Positions 47,401 to 60,679 of a stretch of DNA of 64,000 nt are shown here, piece by piece. This stretch comes from Octopus sinensis (taxonomy: Eukaryota). A model generated the notes under the pieces. That model worked only from the letters and a program-made list of their open reading frames with translations, did not search any database and had not been told where the DNA came from. The position numbers and the translations under genes were made by a program. Each line of letters starts with the position of its first letter. Positions within the stretch are counted from its first letter, which is position 1. Where the stretch lies: positions 3,968,001 to 4,032,000 of the forward strand of contig NC_043012.1 of the NCBI RefSeq assembly GCF_006345805.1, in the 5' to 3' direction.

Positions 47401-49469
47401 AGTTTACCGTGAAACGGTCCTTTTTTCATACCGAATTCTACTTGGTGAAATTATTGATTACTTCTTAATTAATTAATTTTACCCTTTGTTATTATATATA
47501 AATGCTATATATACATACAATTGCACGGTGACTTTCCGAGCATTCTGCATATTACATATATACTTTTACATTAAAAAAAAAAATCAATAGGTTAAGTTAT
47601 TCAGAGAATCAATAAATCTAACTTGACCCAATAAACTTGTAAATTTAGCTACGCAAACAGCAAAGATGTTGCTTAAAGATCAGTGAATCGAAATTACAGT
47701 TGTGTGTATGTATAGTGATGAAATGATAAAATATAAAATGTTCTTTATTCAGTCAAATGACACTAACATCGTTTTAGACCCAGCTCAGCTACGATCTAGC
47801 AGACCTTTGGTTAAAGGTGTTTCAGCCATGACCCTCCCATCGTATTTTCAGACACAGAAATACCTGAAAATAAGATGTAGTCCAGCTGTTTCTAGGACTA
47901 CATTATTCAGTGTATTCTTCCTTCTTTTTTTTTTTTAAGATAGCAGGGATTTGGATAAGATTTGGCTGTTATTTCCACCAAGTCAAGTTTCACTTGGCAC
48001 TATGATTAATAAACCAAGTACCTGTGAAGTACAAGGGTCGATTTAATTGATTTCCCCCAATTCACCCCTCTCAACATGTATAGCTTTGTGACCATGTATG
48101 AAACGATTACGATTTTTCAGTTAATGTTTAGGTCAGGTTGAATACATACATCTCTTGTATATTCTGGAATTTGATGCTGTGGATCAGCATGTGAGTTTTT
48201 CTTTCTTCCTTCCTTTAAACTTGATCGTTATAGTTTAATGATATGAATACTGATACACACAGGCGTGCACACACTGCGCTGTTTGAGCTAACAGCATTGA
48301 TTTGATGCTATTTCTGTTTGTTTGCCACTGGACAGACTAGATATGATAAATGTGTGCTTCTGCTGAAATGAGAACAATGCCCTTCCCCCTACAAATTTAT
48401 TCAGCTACCAAGATGGTCTGTAGCGCGTATTTCTTTCCCTTCTCTCTACTTGATTTATATACTTCAAGCCATTCTATACTGCACCACAGGAAGTCAAACC
48501 TATCTCTCATTCTTTCATTGTACTTTATTACCTCCTCCTCCTTCTATCCTCTCCCTCCCCCTCATCTTCATCTAAAATAACTGCTTTGCCTCATGAAAAG
48601 AAATCATCAATATTGTTATTTCTGTTATTTTAGAATTGTTAGAGCATTGGATAGAATGCTTTACAGAGTACTTCTCAGCATTCTGAGTTCAAATCTCATT
48701 GAGGCCAACTTTGTTTTACATCATTTTGGAGGTTGATAAAAGAAAAAGAAAAAAATGATCTCAATTCAGCGCAGTGGACTGATGGAACAGTTAAAGCCTT
48801 GTGATATATGTTCAGGAACTTTGGATTCTATCAGCAGTTTCCATGACAACACTGATGCCCAGCTGTATCAGCCTTTGGGGCAACAGCATCAGTGATGTGT
48901 GAAGGGGAAGCTTGCTTTCACAGTCAACTGTTAGTTTTTACAAAAATCCTTTACACAAGCCTGTGTAAATGAATGCAAATACATGGCAAGCCTGATCAGC
49001 AGAAGCCTTTGTTGTAGAAGAATCAGTGGTGTTCAGCTATGTCTTACAGTGAAGTTTATGTGTTTGGATGAATTTCTATGTTGTGAATAGCAGAGGAATC
49101 TAATGCTTTGGGACTGTTTATTCTAAGGAAATGAGAAATTTGTCAGTTCTTTCTGTCTGTCTGTCTCTCTATCTTTCTCTTGCTCTCTTTCGCTCTCTCT
49201 CTCCCAAATAATTAGATAACTCTGAAATGACAAATTCCTCTTCTCCCTTCACAGTATAACTTTTACCAATGCGTACCTTCACCTGGTTTCTTGGCCGCTA
49301 ATTTCTAACATCTTGACCTGCATTCTGAGTTCAAATTGTACAGGTTTCAACTTTACCATTCATTTCTCCAGGTGATGATGAAGACGTGCTGGGATTGAAC
49401 CTGCCTTTGCTTTTTGTCCTTTTGGATTTGGTAAAATATGATAGTTACAGGTTATGTTACAGTAGTCAG

Positions 49470-49853
49470 AATGGTGTCTTCATTTTGATTATTGCTTTCT
49501 CTATGTTTTGATTACGTACACTCCAGCCTTCCTCAGGTGTCTTGTAATTCACCTTATTGTCTTGCCTTGGATTGAACTCAGAACCTCTAAATGACTGTAC
49601 TGCATTACCAATGTCTTTATCCACTATATTATGCTTGTGGGCAGTGACCGAGTGAATTTTTGAGGCTTATAAACTTCCATTGATGTCTTATGTCAGCTCT
49701 GTATCCAATGGCTAATACAGTTCTATATTTCTGAGGTGAGGGAATTTTATTTTGTTACATTCGTTGTAGTAAAAGCCACAATCAAGATGAGGACAACACT
49801 CCAACTAGTGTAACATAATAAAATTCCTTGTCTCAGAAAAACAGAATTGTATT
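49470..49853 (-). mobile_element. Decayed relative of the tRNA-head/hammerhead element with direct and inverted tail repeats
   Basis: ctccagccttcctcaggtgtc at about 49521-49541, B-box-like remnant ggattgaactc, and a tail (cagttctatattt...gaggg aatt) at about 49717 inverted at about 49809-49853. Confidence 0.55.
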
Positions 49854-50166
49854 ACTGCTTGTTGTTGATTACTCTCTGGTCAGATTTGATCCATTACTTT
49901 TACAGTCAGTGCTTTCATCTTTTTCTCGGGTACTATTTCTTTTTAAGATACTCTCTTTTTACTCTTACTTGTTTCAGTCATTTGACTGCGGCCATGCTGG
50001 AGCACCGCCTTTAGTCGAGCAAATCGACCCCAGGACTTATTCTTTGTAAGCCCAGTACTTATTCTATCGGTCTCTTTTGCCAAATCGCTAAGTGACGGGG
50101 ACGTAAACACACCAGCATCAGTTGTCAAGCAATGCTAGGGGGACAAACACAGACTCACAAACATAT

Positions 50167-50211
<45 letters not shown>

Positions 50212-51589
50212 TACTGGTGTATAATTTGAATAAGATTTGGCTGTTATTTCTGACAGGATGAGCTACTATTTAGTGGGCCCTTAATTGGCTAAATAAGCAC
50301 TGGTCACATATTTGGATTGATCCAGTCTACTATATCCCCTCCCCCTCAATGACTAACGTTAATTCAATAAATTATTATTATTATTATAGAATAATTGCAG
50401 TGAATATCACCAATTGGTAGAGCATTGAAGTCAACTCCTCATTCTTCTGGGGGTTAATGTAATTGGATATACCTTCCTCCAAGGATTTATATTCTGCCTA
50501 TGCTTGACATGTTTATTATTTAAGAGTTGACAGATACATCAAGAGTTTTCTTGCTTACATCACAAATAAGTGCAGACATGGTTGTGTTAATTTAGGTTCA
50601 GTCTTACTACACAGAACCTTGAGCAAGTAATTCCACTGTAGCCTCTAGCTAACCATTACCTTGTAAGTGGATTTGGTTGATTAAAACAGTACAAAGTTCA
50701 TTTATTCCACTCTGCTTCTTCCCCTCATTCTTCTTATTTATTCTTCCTCCCACTCCATTCCCTTTATTTCACTTAATCTCACTGTGACCCTATTTGTACC
50801 TCCATTTTTGGTCATTCTATTCCACTTTCTAACTTTTATTCTATTTCAGATCTGCCATATAAACAGATTTCTTCGGTCGGATAACATACATTATTTTCTT
50901 TCTTTCTCTTGCACTTTTAATTCTCTTTTTTGTCTTTGATAAAGATTATTTCCCAAAGCACTGAATTCTTTTCTGTTTCTTTCTTTGGAGCATTTATCTT
51001 CATTGTACACTTCTTTGATTGTTGTTTTTTTACTTTATATTTCTATACATTTTCAGTCATGCACTTGTCTGACTCTATTATTAGTCTGCTTGTCTCTTCT
51101 GTACTCCATAATCTTACTCATGTTATTTTTATCCATCCATCCATCAATCTATCTCTCTGTCTGTGTGTCAGCGTGACTGTTTACATTCTGCACTCATGAA
51201 AAATTGTTGAGGTATAAGCAGTGAAGTTCACATCTCATTCTCATTCCCTGTCAATAACTTATCTACTAGTTTGTGTTTTTGAAGATAAGTGGAATAAAAA
51301 ACATTTCTTACCTGAAAAGACAGAAAGGTTTAATTAGCTACAAGAAAGGCATCCAGTTGTAAAACAATGCTAGCATGCAAAAGCAGCCATAATATAAATG
51401 ATCAAATAAAATATTTTTGAGAATCTCATACCGACATTTACAGAACTTATTTCGTGGAATGTAAACTCTAGAACCAGTAGAGTGCCAGACTATAAAATGG
51501 TTTGCATTATACTGGGTATGTCACTTTACCTTCTGAGTTAGCCATCTGGAAAGCCAATAAAATAAGTTCCTGTGAAGTTCTTGGGTTGT

Positions 51590-52463
51590 TTCGAGGTAGG
51601 ACAAAATTCCATTGTAGCTGTTGAGGAACTAGCAGAGAAGCTTGCATTTGGTCATTCAACCATTCATTGACACCTACACGTCATTGGAAAAATCAGCAAA
51701 TTGGGTCAATGGGTTCCTCACAAACTTTCTGAGTCTAATTGCAGACTGAAAGTGAATGTGTGCTCTTCTTTCCTGTCACATCTCACGAATGAATCTTTGT
51801 TCAACCAAATAGTGACTGGTGATGAGAAGTGGGTTCTCTATAAAAATGTCAAGCACCGAAGACAGTGGGTAGGGAAAGGAGAAACACTGGCACCCCAGGC
51901 TAAAGGTCTTCACCCACTAAGTTGTTGTTATCTGTTTGGTGGGATATGAAAGGTTTAGTCCACTTTGAACTTTTAAACTCAAACCAAATAATAACAAAGG
52001 AGATCTACTGCAAGCAGCTTGAGTGGCTTAAGTCAGCGCTAGAAGAAAAACGACCATCTTTGCTTTCAAGAGGAAAGGTATTCTTCCATCAGGATAATGC
52101 TTGGCCACATACAGCGAGGATGACATTCCAAAGGCTGGAGCAGTTTGAATAGGAAACGATACCCCACTCACCATATTCACTGGACATTGCCTCATCTGAT
52201 TATCATTTATTCCACAGTCTTCAAAATCATTTGGACAGAAAAGATATGAATTCTGTAGACAAAGTCAGAACAGTACTGGAGGAGTATTTTTTGTCACAGA
52301 CAAGTGAATTTTGGATGAGGGTCTTTGTACGTCTATCAGATAGATGGAAGAGCATTGTAGAAAATGAAGGAGAGTATATTTTAGATTAAAAAAGAACTCT
52401 GTTTATCTTAATTTTGAAAAGTAAAAGAAGTATTAAAAAAATGCATTTATAGGATGACCCAAT
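51590..52463 (+). pseudogene. mariner (DD34D) transposase remnant with right TIR
   Basis: WVPHKL, IVTGDEKW, LLSVWWDMKG, FHQDNAWPH and PHSPYSLDIASSDYHLF; frameshift and stops; ends ...ggatgacccaaTA. Confidence 0.9.
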
Positions 52464-53604
52464 ATATATATATATTATATAGGTCCTGACATGGTTATGT
52501 GGTAAGAAGTTTGCTTCCCATCCACATGGTTCTGGGCTCAGTCCCACTGTGTGACACCTTGCTTAAGTATCTTCTATAGCTTCAGGCTGACCAAAGTCTT
52601 GTGAATGAATATCGTGGACCGAAACTGAAAGAAGCCTGTCATATATATATCTCTACATGTGTGTATTTTTGTGTCTATATTTGTCCCCCACCCATCACCA
52701 CTTGACAACTGGTGTTGGTCCGTAACTTAGTGGTTCAACAGAAGAGACCCAATAGAATAAGTACTAGGCTTTAAAAAATTAAGTCCTGAGTGTGATTTGT
52801 TTGACTAAAACCCTTCAAGGCGGTGCTCCAGCATGGCTGCAGTAAAATTACTGAAACAAATATATGCTGCAAACAGGCTGTGTGGTTAAGGGGCTTGTTT
52901 TGCAATCACATGGTTCTAGGTTCAGTCCCACTGTGCAACACTTTGGGCAAGCATCATCGGTTATAGCGCTGGGCCAACCAATACCTTATGAGAGAGTTTG
53001 GTAAGCAGAAACTCTGTGTGTATGTGTGCCCGGCTTAACAGCTGGTATTAGTTTGTTTATGTCCTCCATAACTTAGTGGTTCAGCAAAAGAGACTGATAG
53101 AGTAAGTGCCAGATTTTTAAAAAAAGTAGAAAAATTAAGTACTAAGTTGATTTGTTCTACTGAAAGCCTTCAAAGGAAATGCTCTAGCATGGCCATAGTC
53201 AAATGATTGAAACAAATAGAAAGTTGTGTGTGTGTGTGTGTATAATTTTCCCTGATTAATTTCTTAGGAGTGGCTAGATGAACTAAAAGAGACCTTTATT
53301 GAAAGCCACAATTGCAGTGGCTATCAATAAACGAATTTTGTGTTTTGTAATTGACCTCTGGATCTGATTATATTTTATCTGCCTTTCTAGTTAATACTGA
53401 AGTCAATTTAGTTCAACAAAACAGAATTTTCTAGTTGAAAATGTAATGATTATCTTTTGAAGCATTTTTTTCTTTTCCTCTTCCTTTGATTTCTAATGCT
53501 GATAAATACATGGTTTCAAAGTAATGTATTCAGGGTATGTCACTAACACCCTTTCAACACTACTTGTATCTATTTCACTTATCCCGTTCTATTTTTAAGT
53601 ATAG

Positions 53605-53920
53605 TTTTATATCCTTGTATGTTGGCTGTATAATTTAACAAAGCTATTGGGGAGAAAATATATACACGTTGCACTACTATTAATATTACATGAGACTCCA
53701 TGCTCTATATCAACAGCTCACAGTGAACTGTTTACCAACCTGAACTGCCAGTTGTATCTCATCCTCCTTACCACTTTTATATCCTTGTATGTTGGATATA
53801 GAATTTAACAAAGCAGTGAGGAAGAAAGTATATACATGTTACACTACAAATAATATTACATGAGACTCAATGTTCTTTATCAGCAGCTTGCAGTGTACTG
53901 CTTACCAACCTGAACTGCCA
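53605..53920 (+). repeat. Diverged 170-bp tandem duplication
   Basis: ttttatatccttgtatgttgg...ttaccaacctgaactgcca starting at 53605 and 53775. Confidence 0.85.
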
Positions 53921-53974
53921 ATCGCTCACAGTTCTTACTTTATAACACTGAGTCAGTCCACCTTTATGCAAATT

Positions 53975-54436
53975 CGATGACTGGTACCCGTGCCAGTGGA
54001 GCGCGAAGAGCACCCTCTGAGCATGATCACTGCCAGAGGAACAAACTGGCTTCCGTGCTGGTGGCACGTAAAAAGCACCATTCGAACGTGATCGTTACCT
54101 GCATCACCTTACTGGCACGTGTGCTGGTGGCATGTGAAAAAACATTCGAGGTCGTTGCCAGTGCTGCTGGACTGGCCACAGTGCAGGTGGCACATAAAAA
54201 ACACCACCTGAGCGTGGCCATTGCCAGTACTGCCTGACTGGCCCTCGTGTTGGTGGCATGTAAAAGCACCTGCTACACTCTTGGAGTGGTTTGCATTAGG
54301 AAGGGCATTCAGCTGTAGAAACTCTGCCAGATCAGATTGGAGCCTGGTGCAGCCATCTAGTTCACCAGTCCTCAGTGAAATCGTCCAACCCATGCTAGCA
54401 TGGAAAGTGGACGTTAAACGATGATGATGATGATGA
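53975..54436 (+). mobile_element. RTE 3'-tail retroposon with ~5 tandem units
   Basis: Same repeat unit and (GAT)n tail as 35326-35720. Confidence 0.8.
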
Positions 54437-55224
54437 ACATATACTTAATGTGCTATCATTTAAGCTTGCAACATCTACTTTGTATAAAATAACTTATTCC
54501 TTCACTAGTTTCAGCTTTCGGGCTGCAGTTACACTGGGGCAATGTCTTCAAGGCTTGTTTTAACTTATCATATTGATCCCCAGTATTTATTTCAGTCTAG
54601 TATATATTTTATCCCATTCTATTTGTTGAACTGCTAAGTTAAAGGACATAAAAGAACAAAATATAATTTTTAAAAAACTAATGTTTTAGAGCAATGTAAA
54701 CTGACTTTTTAGAGCAGGTGTCATCTCATTTGAATATGCAATGTCACAGGGTGGTAATATTCTTAGAACACTCACCTATCAGATTGAACTCTCTGGGAAA
54801 ATCTGCCACCTATTCTGAACAATTCTTGGGTTTTCATTAGTTTCGATGCTGAATATTCAACTGAATAATTGTAAATGGTTGAACATTCCACAGACATATG
54901 TACCCTTAATGTGATTCTCAGGTAGAATAGGTATGATACATGGTTGCATCATTAACCCTTTTGGTACCAACCCACCTGAAACAGCACCTGGTTCTATATT
55001 ACAAACTTCCTATTTTAACACTTTAGCATTTAAACTGGCCATATCAGACCCAGATTTTGTACCAGGTTTATATTGAAACGGGCCAGATCTGGCCTCTTAC
55101 ACCTTCCTTCCAATGTCATTGTAAAAATAAACAATCACTTCATTGGAATCTCCAGTCTATGAAGTAATGCATGATCAATTCAAAATAATGTGAATAGGTA
55201 AGCATTGCATTTGATAGAGTAATC

Positions 55225-55503
55225 ATCATCATCATCGTTTAATGTCCGTTCTCCATGCTAGCATAGGTTGGACGGTTCGACCGGGGATCTGGGAAGCCAG
55301 AAGGCTGCACCAGGCTCCAGTCTTATCTGGCAATGTTTCTACAGCTGGATGCCCTTCCTAATGCCAACCACTCCGTGAGTGTAGTGGGTGCTTTTTACGT
55401 GCCACCCGCACAGGTGCCAGGCGAGGCTGGCAACGGCCACAGTCGGATAGTGCATTTTACGTACCACCAGTCCAGGGGTCCTGGCATCTGCCGGGTGCCA
55501 GTC
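55225..55503 (-). mobile_element. RTE-tail retroposon with an 11-bp TSD inside a MITE
   Basis: ATAGAGTAATC at 55214-55224 and 55504-55514. Confidence 0.85.
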
Positions 55504-57199
55504 ATAGAGTAATCTGAATGCTAAAAGAGTTAAAGTGGTCTGAATTCAAACCTTCCATCAAAATTTCCTAATTTTTGTTCCAAATATCAGTTTGATAATG
55601 ACAAAGTTATTTTACTTAATTCTTCGTTATTTTCAGAACCAATGAAAACAAAGTTGGCATATTTCAAGAGAAATATGATACCAAACAGGTCAAATCACAG
55701 GTACAATTTATCCAACATGCTTCCACACAACTTCCAGTTACTCATTTTCACTCGCAAGGCTTGGGTCAGCCTGGAATTATAGTGAAAGACACTTGCTGAA
55801 GATGCCTTGCTGTGGGATTGAACCTGAGACTTAATGATTGTAAAGTTAACTTCTTGCAATACAAATATGGGCCTTCCTGTTTATATTTTTTTCTCTACTA
55901 TTGGTTTGGTGTGTAGGAAGAGGCTGTGCGCATGGTTTTTGTAGAGAGCCAATGTCCTGAGGAGGAAGGACTGGGTATAGTAGTTGAGTAAGGGGTTAGG
56001 CTGATGGAAGCACAATACAGGTGGCAAGAGGAAGAGAGTTGCATGTGTTGAGATCACCTGGGCAGAGGTTGCACAAGACCAGCCATCTCAAAAGAGCAGA
56101 AGTCTCTACAGTAGTGGTAGAAAAGGCAGAGATAGGAGACAGTCTGGTGTACACATATGTAGTGATTTCATTTCATTTTTCTTTTCTCTTTTTTTAGACA
56201 AAGGCATTCACACATTTCTGTTTGTGTCAATTGGATTGAAAAATCTAGCAACAAAGAAAAATACAAAACCAGTTGGTAAGCTAAGAATTTAGTATCTAGT
56301 TTTCTTGCAAATTTTACTGTTTAGAGATCCTAAAACCAAGGTGTCACACAAAAAGCATTGGTGTGGGTGCTGGTGTCACATAAAAAGCACCCAGTACTCT
56401 GTAAAGTGGTTGGCATTAGGAAGGGCACCAGCTGTAGAAAGCAAGCCAAAAACAGTATGGAACCTGGTGTGACCCCTGGCCTTGCCAGTTCCTGTCCAGC
56501 CATCTGACCCATGTCGATATGGAAAACAAATGTTAAATGTTGATGATGATGATGGATGAGGTATGGTTGTGTTGTTAAGAAGTTTGTTTCACAACCATAT
56601 GGTTCCTAGTTTGATCCAACTGCATGGTATCATGGGCAAGTGTCTTCCTCAAATTCAGATTAACAAATGCTTTGCGGCTGAAAGTTGATAGACAGAAACT
56701 ATACAGAAGCCTCCCTCTCTCACACACACACACGCATGCACCTGTGTCCTTCTGTGACTGTTTCCATTTGTTTTCATACTGAGGCTGCTTTGGCCTCAGT
56801 AATGTTTGTTTATGTCCCACGTGAACAATATATTTTATAGCATGACAATTTAATGTGCAAAGACTAGTTGAAAAGACATGTAAAGGTTGACATCTAGAAG
56901 GGCATTTGGTTGTAGAACACTACATCAAGATGTCTTGTCTAAATCATGTCAGCATGAAAAAAATGGTCTCAAAACAATAATATAATATAATATATGTAAG
57001 AATGGAAAAACCAATGCAAAATGCTGATAATGTGATGCCATTCATTGGACTGAGCCTTTGTTTCTAGATCATGAAGATAAGCCCATGTTTCATCTCTTCT
57101 CAGTATACCGGAGAAAAATGTATCTTCACTGGTTTCAAAATGCTTCTATCAGATCAGAGCAGACTTCCACCCTTTTCTAATGCAGTTTAGTGTTGTACC

Positions 57200-58680
57200 A
57201 TAACAGGATAGACTTGATGTCCTCTTCTCAATGAAACAACTACACTCATTGAGCTAAAGAAAACTTTTGACAGTGTACCTTGGACTGTAGTTTAGTGGTA
57301 ACTTATAAAACTAGGTAAAGATGAACAGCTTGCAAGAGTTGTGCAAGTCATGTACAGGGTGCAGTGAATATATTTTTGTCTAAATTATGCAAAAATGAAA
57401 ATAACTCTGACATCTCATTTTAACAGATTTATTTACCAAATTTACATAAAGGTATCTTGAAATACTAAAGAGTAAATTTATGGAATTAAATCACCATTCG
57501 CTTCAACCACAGCCTGCAGACTTCAGAATCTCCTGCCATTCTTCTGGATGGTCTCCTTGTTTAAGTTAGTGAATACTGCCATAATCCTTGCCTTCAGTTC
57601 ATCTTTGATGTTACAAGGAGTTTTGTTGGTCAGCTCAACTGTGCCCCACACATAATAATTTAGCGGGGTTGAAGTCTGGGAATTAGGTGGCCAGATGTCA
57701 AGGGTGATGTGATACAAAAATTGTCTGACAGCCATCACTGGGTTCTGCTGCTTGTGTGCAGAATCCTGTTGCCAGACAGGGTCTTCCAGCAGCCTCCCTC
57801 TTGACCTAGGGCAGCACTACCTCCTCCAGGCACTTGATGTAAGCCTCTGTGTTGTGTCTGAGACCGTGTGGGAAGATGAATTGAAGGCACAATATTGCCA
57901 TCACTAGTGATCACTCCAAATACCATGATGTTCACTGGATGTTTAATTTCTATCAACTCTTGATACATGTTTTGGGGACATGGCAAGCCAACAGTTGTTC
58001 TGTGTGTTCACCATCTGTTGGTATTGGAGCTTCCAGCATGAATGCCAAGCAGTACAGCATGTTGTTTTCAAATTTCTGGCAGAGTGATTTGTGTGATGGT
58101 GTTGGTTGTCTCACAGACAGTACCCAACTGACCCTACTATGCTGTGAGGTTGACAAAATCAAAAACAAACAATGCATGTGCATGAAATTAAAAGCATAAA
58201 ATGGCAACAATCTACCCATCGCACCCTGTATACTGCCTGCAGGATAAAAGTTTTCAATGAGAAATTTATGCCTCGAGAGTCAGTTCTCAGCCTTACTCCT
58301 GTTTATTATAGTTCCCCAGGCTATAACAGATTTCAGACCAGTTGCCTATGGAAGAAGCAAATATGTTCTTTTAGATGTGTAATGTTTGGGTGTATGGAAG
58401 ACAGCACGAATGAGCTGAGAGAAAAACTATGTATGGGAGGAATCAGATGTCATGTGCAAGAAACAAGACTGCACTTGTATGGACATGCGTTGAGTACTGA
58501 GGATGGTAGTTGGATAAAAAACATATTACCAAGCAATCCAAGAAGAAAACTGTAGACAACATGAGATAAAGTAGTGAAGGGTGAACCTTATGAAAGAGAT
58601 GACGAAGGACCACAACAGATTGTGTGACAGTGTTGAAGATTTTTTTCATTCAACACAAGCATTGGAAACGATACTGATGA
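57200..58680 (+). mobile_element. Decayed RTE fragment split by a Tc1/mariner insertion
   Basis: IELKKTFDSVP...KLGKDEQLARVVQVMY before 57354; ELREKLCMGGIRCHVQETRLHLYGH and a tail after 58229. Confidence 0.7.
57355..58228 (-). mobile_element. Tc1/mariner (maT/DD37D-like) internally deleted transposon
   Basis: TA|CAGGGTGC...GCACCCTG|TA termini; remnants KHPVNIMVFGVITSDG, WPPNS, LNYYVWG. Confidence 0.8.
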
Positions 58681-59069
58681 TGCACTGTAACTTTTGTGTG
58701 GCTTATAGTTAATGTACTGGTGTGACCATGCTACCTTTCCTATTGTTGTGAGGTAGAATTAATGTATTAATATCATCACCTTACTGAGTCACTAATGTTT
58801 TAAATCCATACCTTCTCACTGAATAATTTTGGCTCAATGCTTCAAATTTTTAGACAGTAAATTTGATATCATTAATGCTTTATGGAAAGCGTTAAAGACG
58901 TAAATAAAGTGAAACGACTTTAAAATGGAAGTTAAACTTTGGTCTCAGCATCAGTTCACCATTAATTTGAGTGCGAAATTGGAAAACTTTGTGTTAAAGG
59001 GACATAACTTTGGATCTAACTGTGACGAAATGAAAATATCGCCAATTTCAAAATATAAACACCAGCTCT

Positions 59070-59437
59070 ATGCTCTTTTACTCTTTTCAGTCATTTGACT
59101 GTGGCCATGCTGGAGCACCGCCTTTAGTCGAGCAAATCGACCCAGGACTTATTCTTTGTAAGCCTAGTACTTATTCTATCGGTCTCTTTTGCCGAAGGGG
59201 ATGTAAACACACCAGCATCGGTTGTCAAGCGATGTTGGGGAGACAAACATATACACACACATACATATATGCATATACATGTATACGACGGGCTTCTTTC
59301 AGTTTCCGCCTACCAAATCTAATCAAATGGCTTTGGTCAGTCCGAGGCTATAGTAGAATACACTTGCCCAAGGTGCCACGCAGTGGGACTGAACTCAGAA
59401 CCATGTGGTTGGTAAGCAGGCTACATACCACACAGCC
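59070..59437 (-). mobile_element. tRNA-derived SINE, same family as 1135-1513
   Basis: Reverse complement of that consensus; explains ORF 59070-59519. Confidence 0.85.
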
Positions 59438-59902
59438 AATCGAATTAATATTAAAGCCTTTTGATAGCAACACATCTGAGACTACTTCTGGTTCCTTTAT
59501 ACAAATCTGTCTGTTTTAAAATATTTATTGATATGTTCAAAACCCTAATTTAAGAGTTTTCAGCGATGTCCTTCCTCCTCTGACTGTCATGAAAAGAAAA
59601 TAACTTTCCTGGAGCATTGGGATCTATTTTGAAACTTAAATAAACAAAACTATATGTTTGTTCCTCAAAATCTCTGTGAAATTCCATCTCTTATTCTCAG
59701 TGCATAACCCTTCTCTTTGCTAGGGTGATATTTGAAGGAGATTTAGTTGCTTTTTTTAACAGGTCGAGTGACTGCATAGAGACCTATTGTTAATAAAATC
59801 TGAGACAATGGCCTTAAAAATTTAGAAAATTTTGTCATTCATTATGTTGGGTTAGTTTTACTCCTTTGCTTTTATATTTTCTTTTGTTTTTATTTCAGAA
59901 AA

Positions 59903-60679
59903 ATGGCAGAGGATCTTTGGTCCCCTATAGCTCACGTGTATGACCCCCTTATGGCAGGGAGTATCGATGGAACAGACGATGTTGCCCACGACCATGGCAT
60001 AGTGCGAGCACTCAGTTGTAAATATAAAACTAACAAACAGGTTGCTGGAGATCCTAGTAGGACAATTTTTGCTTCCAGACTGAACCCCAAAACTGATGAA
60101 AACAGCCTCCGTAAATGTTTCAGTGAATACGGCCAAATTAAGCAGTTACGTCTTGTCCGGGATATTGTTACAGGATTTACACGAGGTTATGGTTTTATAG
60201 AGTATGAAGAGGAGTATTCTGCACGAAAGGCCTTCGTTCAAGCGAATAAATCTCTGCTGGATGGCTCTGAAATATTCGTTGACTTTGAACGGGAACGAAT
60301 TTTGAAAAACTGGGTTCCTCGTAGACTTGGGGGAGGCTTTGGTGGAAATAAAGAATCAGGGCAATTGCGTTTTGGCGGTAGGGACCGGCCATTTAAGAAG
60401 CCAATTATTGTCAATTCAGATAGTAACAGTGGATATAAAAAATGGGACTACAAAGATAGCTCCCACCAAAAGAACAGGGATTTTCAACACAAAGATGGCA
60501 GGTTTGGCTCTGAAAGGGGAGGGAATTATTCTCGGAGTGATAGCAGAGAATTTAGAGATAGAGGGGACAGAGGTGGGAATTCTGAGAGGAGCTACAGAAG
60601 TAGAGAAAGAGGGAGAGAGAGTTTAGAGTCTAAATACAGAGACAGAGGTTATAGAAATGAGGAGAGAAGAAATAGATGA
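59903..60679 (+). CDS. SNRNP35: U11/U12 snRNP 35 kDa protein (RRM plus R/S/E-rich tail), single coding exon
   Basis: 258-aa ORF with YDPLMAGSIDGTD, RNP1 RGYGFIEY, and WVPRRLGGGFGGNKESGQLRFGGRDRPF. Polypyrimidine tract plus AG acceptor at 59897-59898 lies 4 nt before the ATG; AATAAA follows the stop. Confidence 0.96.
   Translation: MAEDLWSPIAHVYDPLMAGSIDGTDDVAHDHGIVRALSCKYKTNKQVAGDPSRTIFASRLNPKTDENSLRKCFSEYGQIKQLRLVRDIVTGFTRGYGFIEYEEEYSARKAFVQANKSLLDGSEIFVDFERERILKNWVPRRLGGGFGGNKESGQLRFGGRDRPFKKPIIVNSDSNSGYKKWDYKDSSHQKNRDFQHKDGRFGSERGGNYSRSDSREFRDRGDRGGNSERSYRSRERGRESLESKYRDRGYRNEERRNR

Noticed and set aside
60195-60626. ORFs overlapping SNRNP35
   Set aside because: Alternative-frame or antisense shadows with no recognisable motif.
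59903-60679. SNRNP35 as a processed retrocopy
   Set aside because: The ORF is intact with a proper upstream acceptor and no poly(A)/TSD; an uninterrupted CDS is also the human arrangement as recalled.
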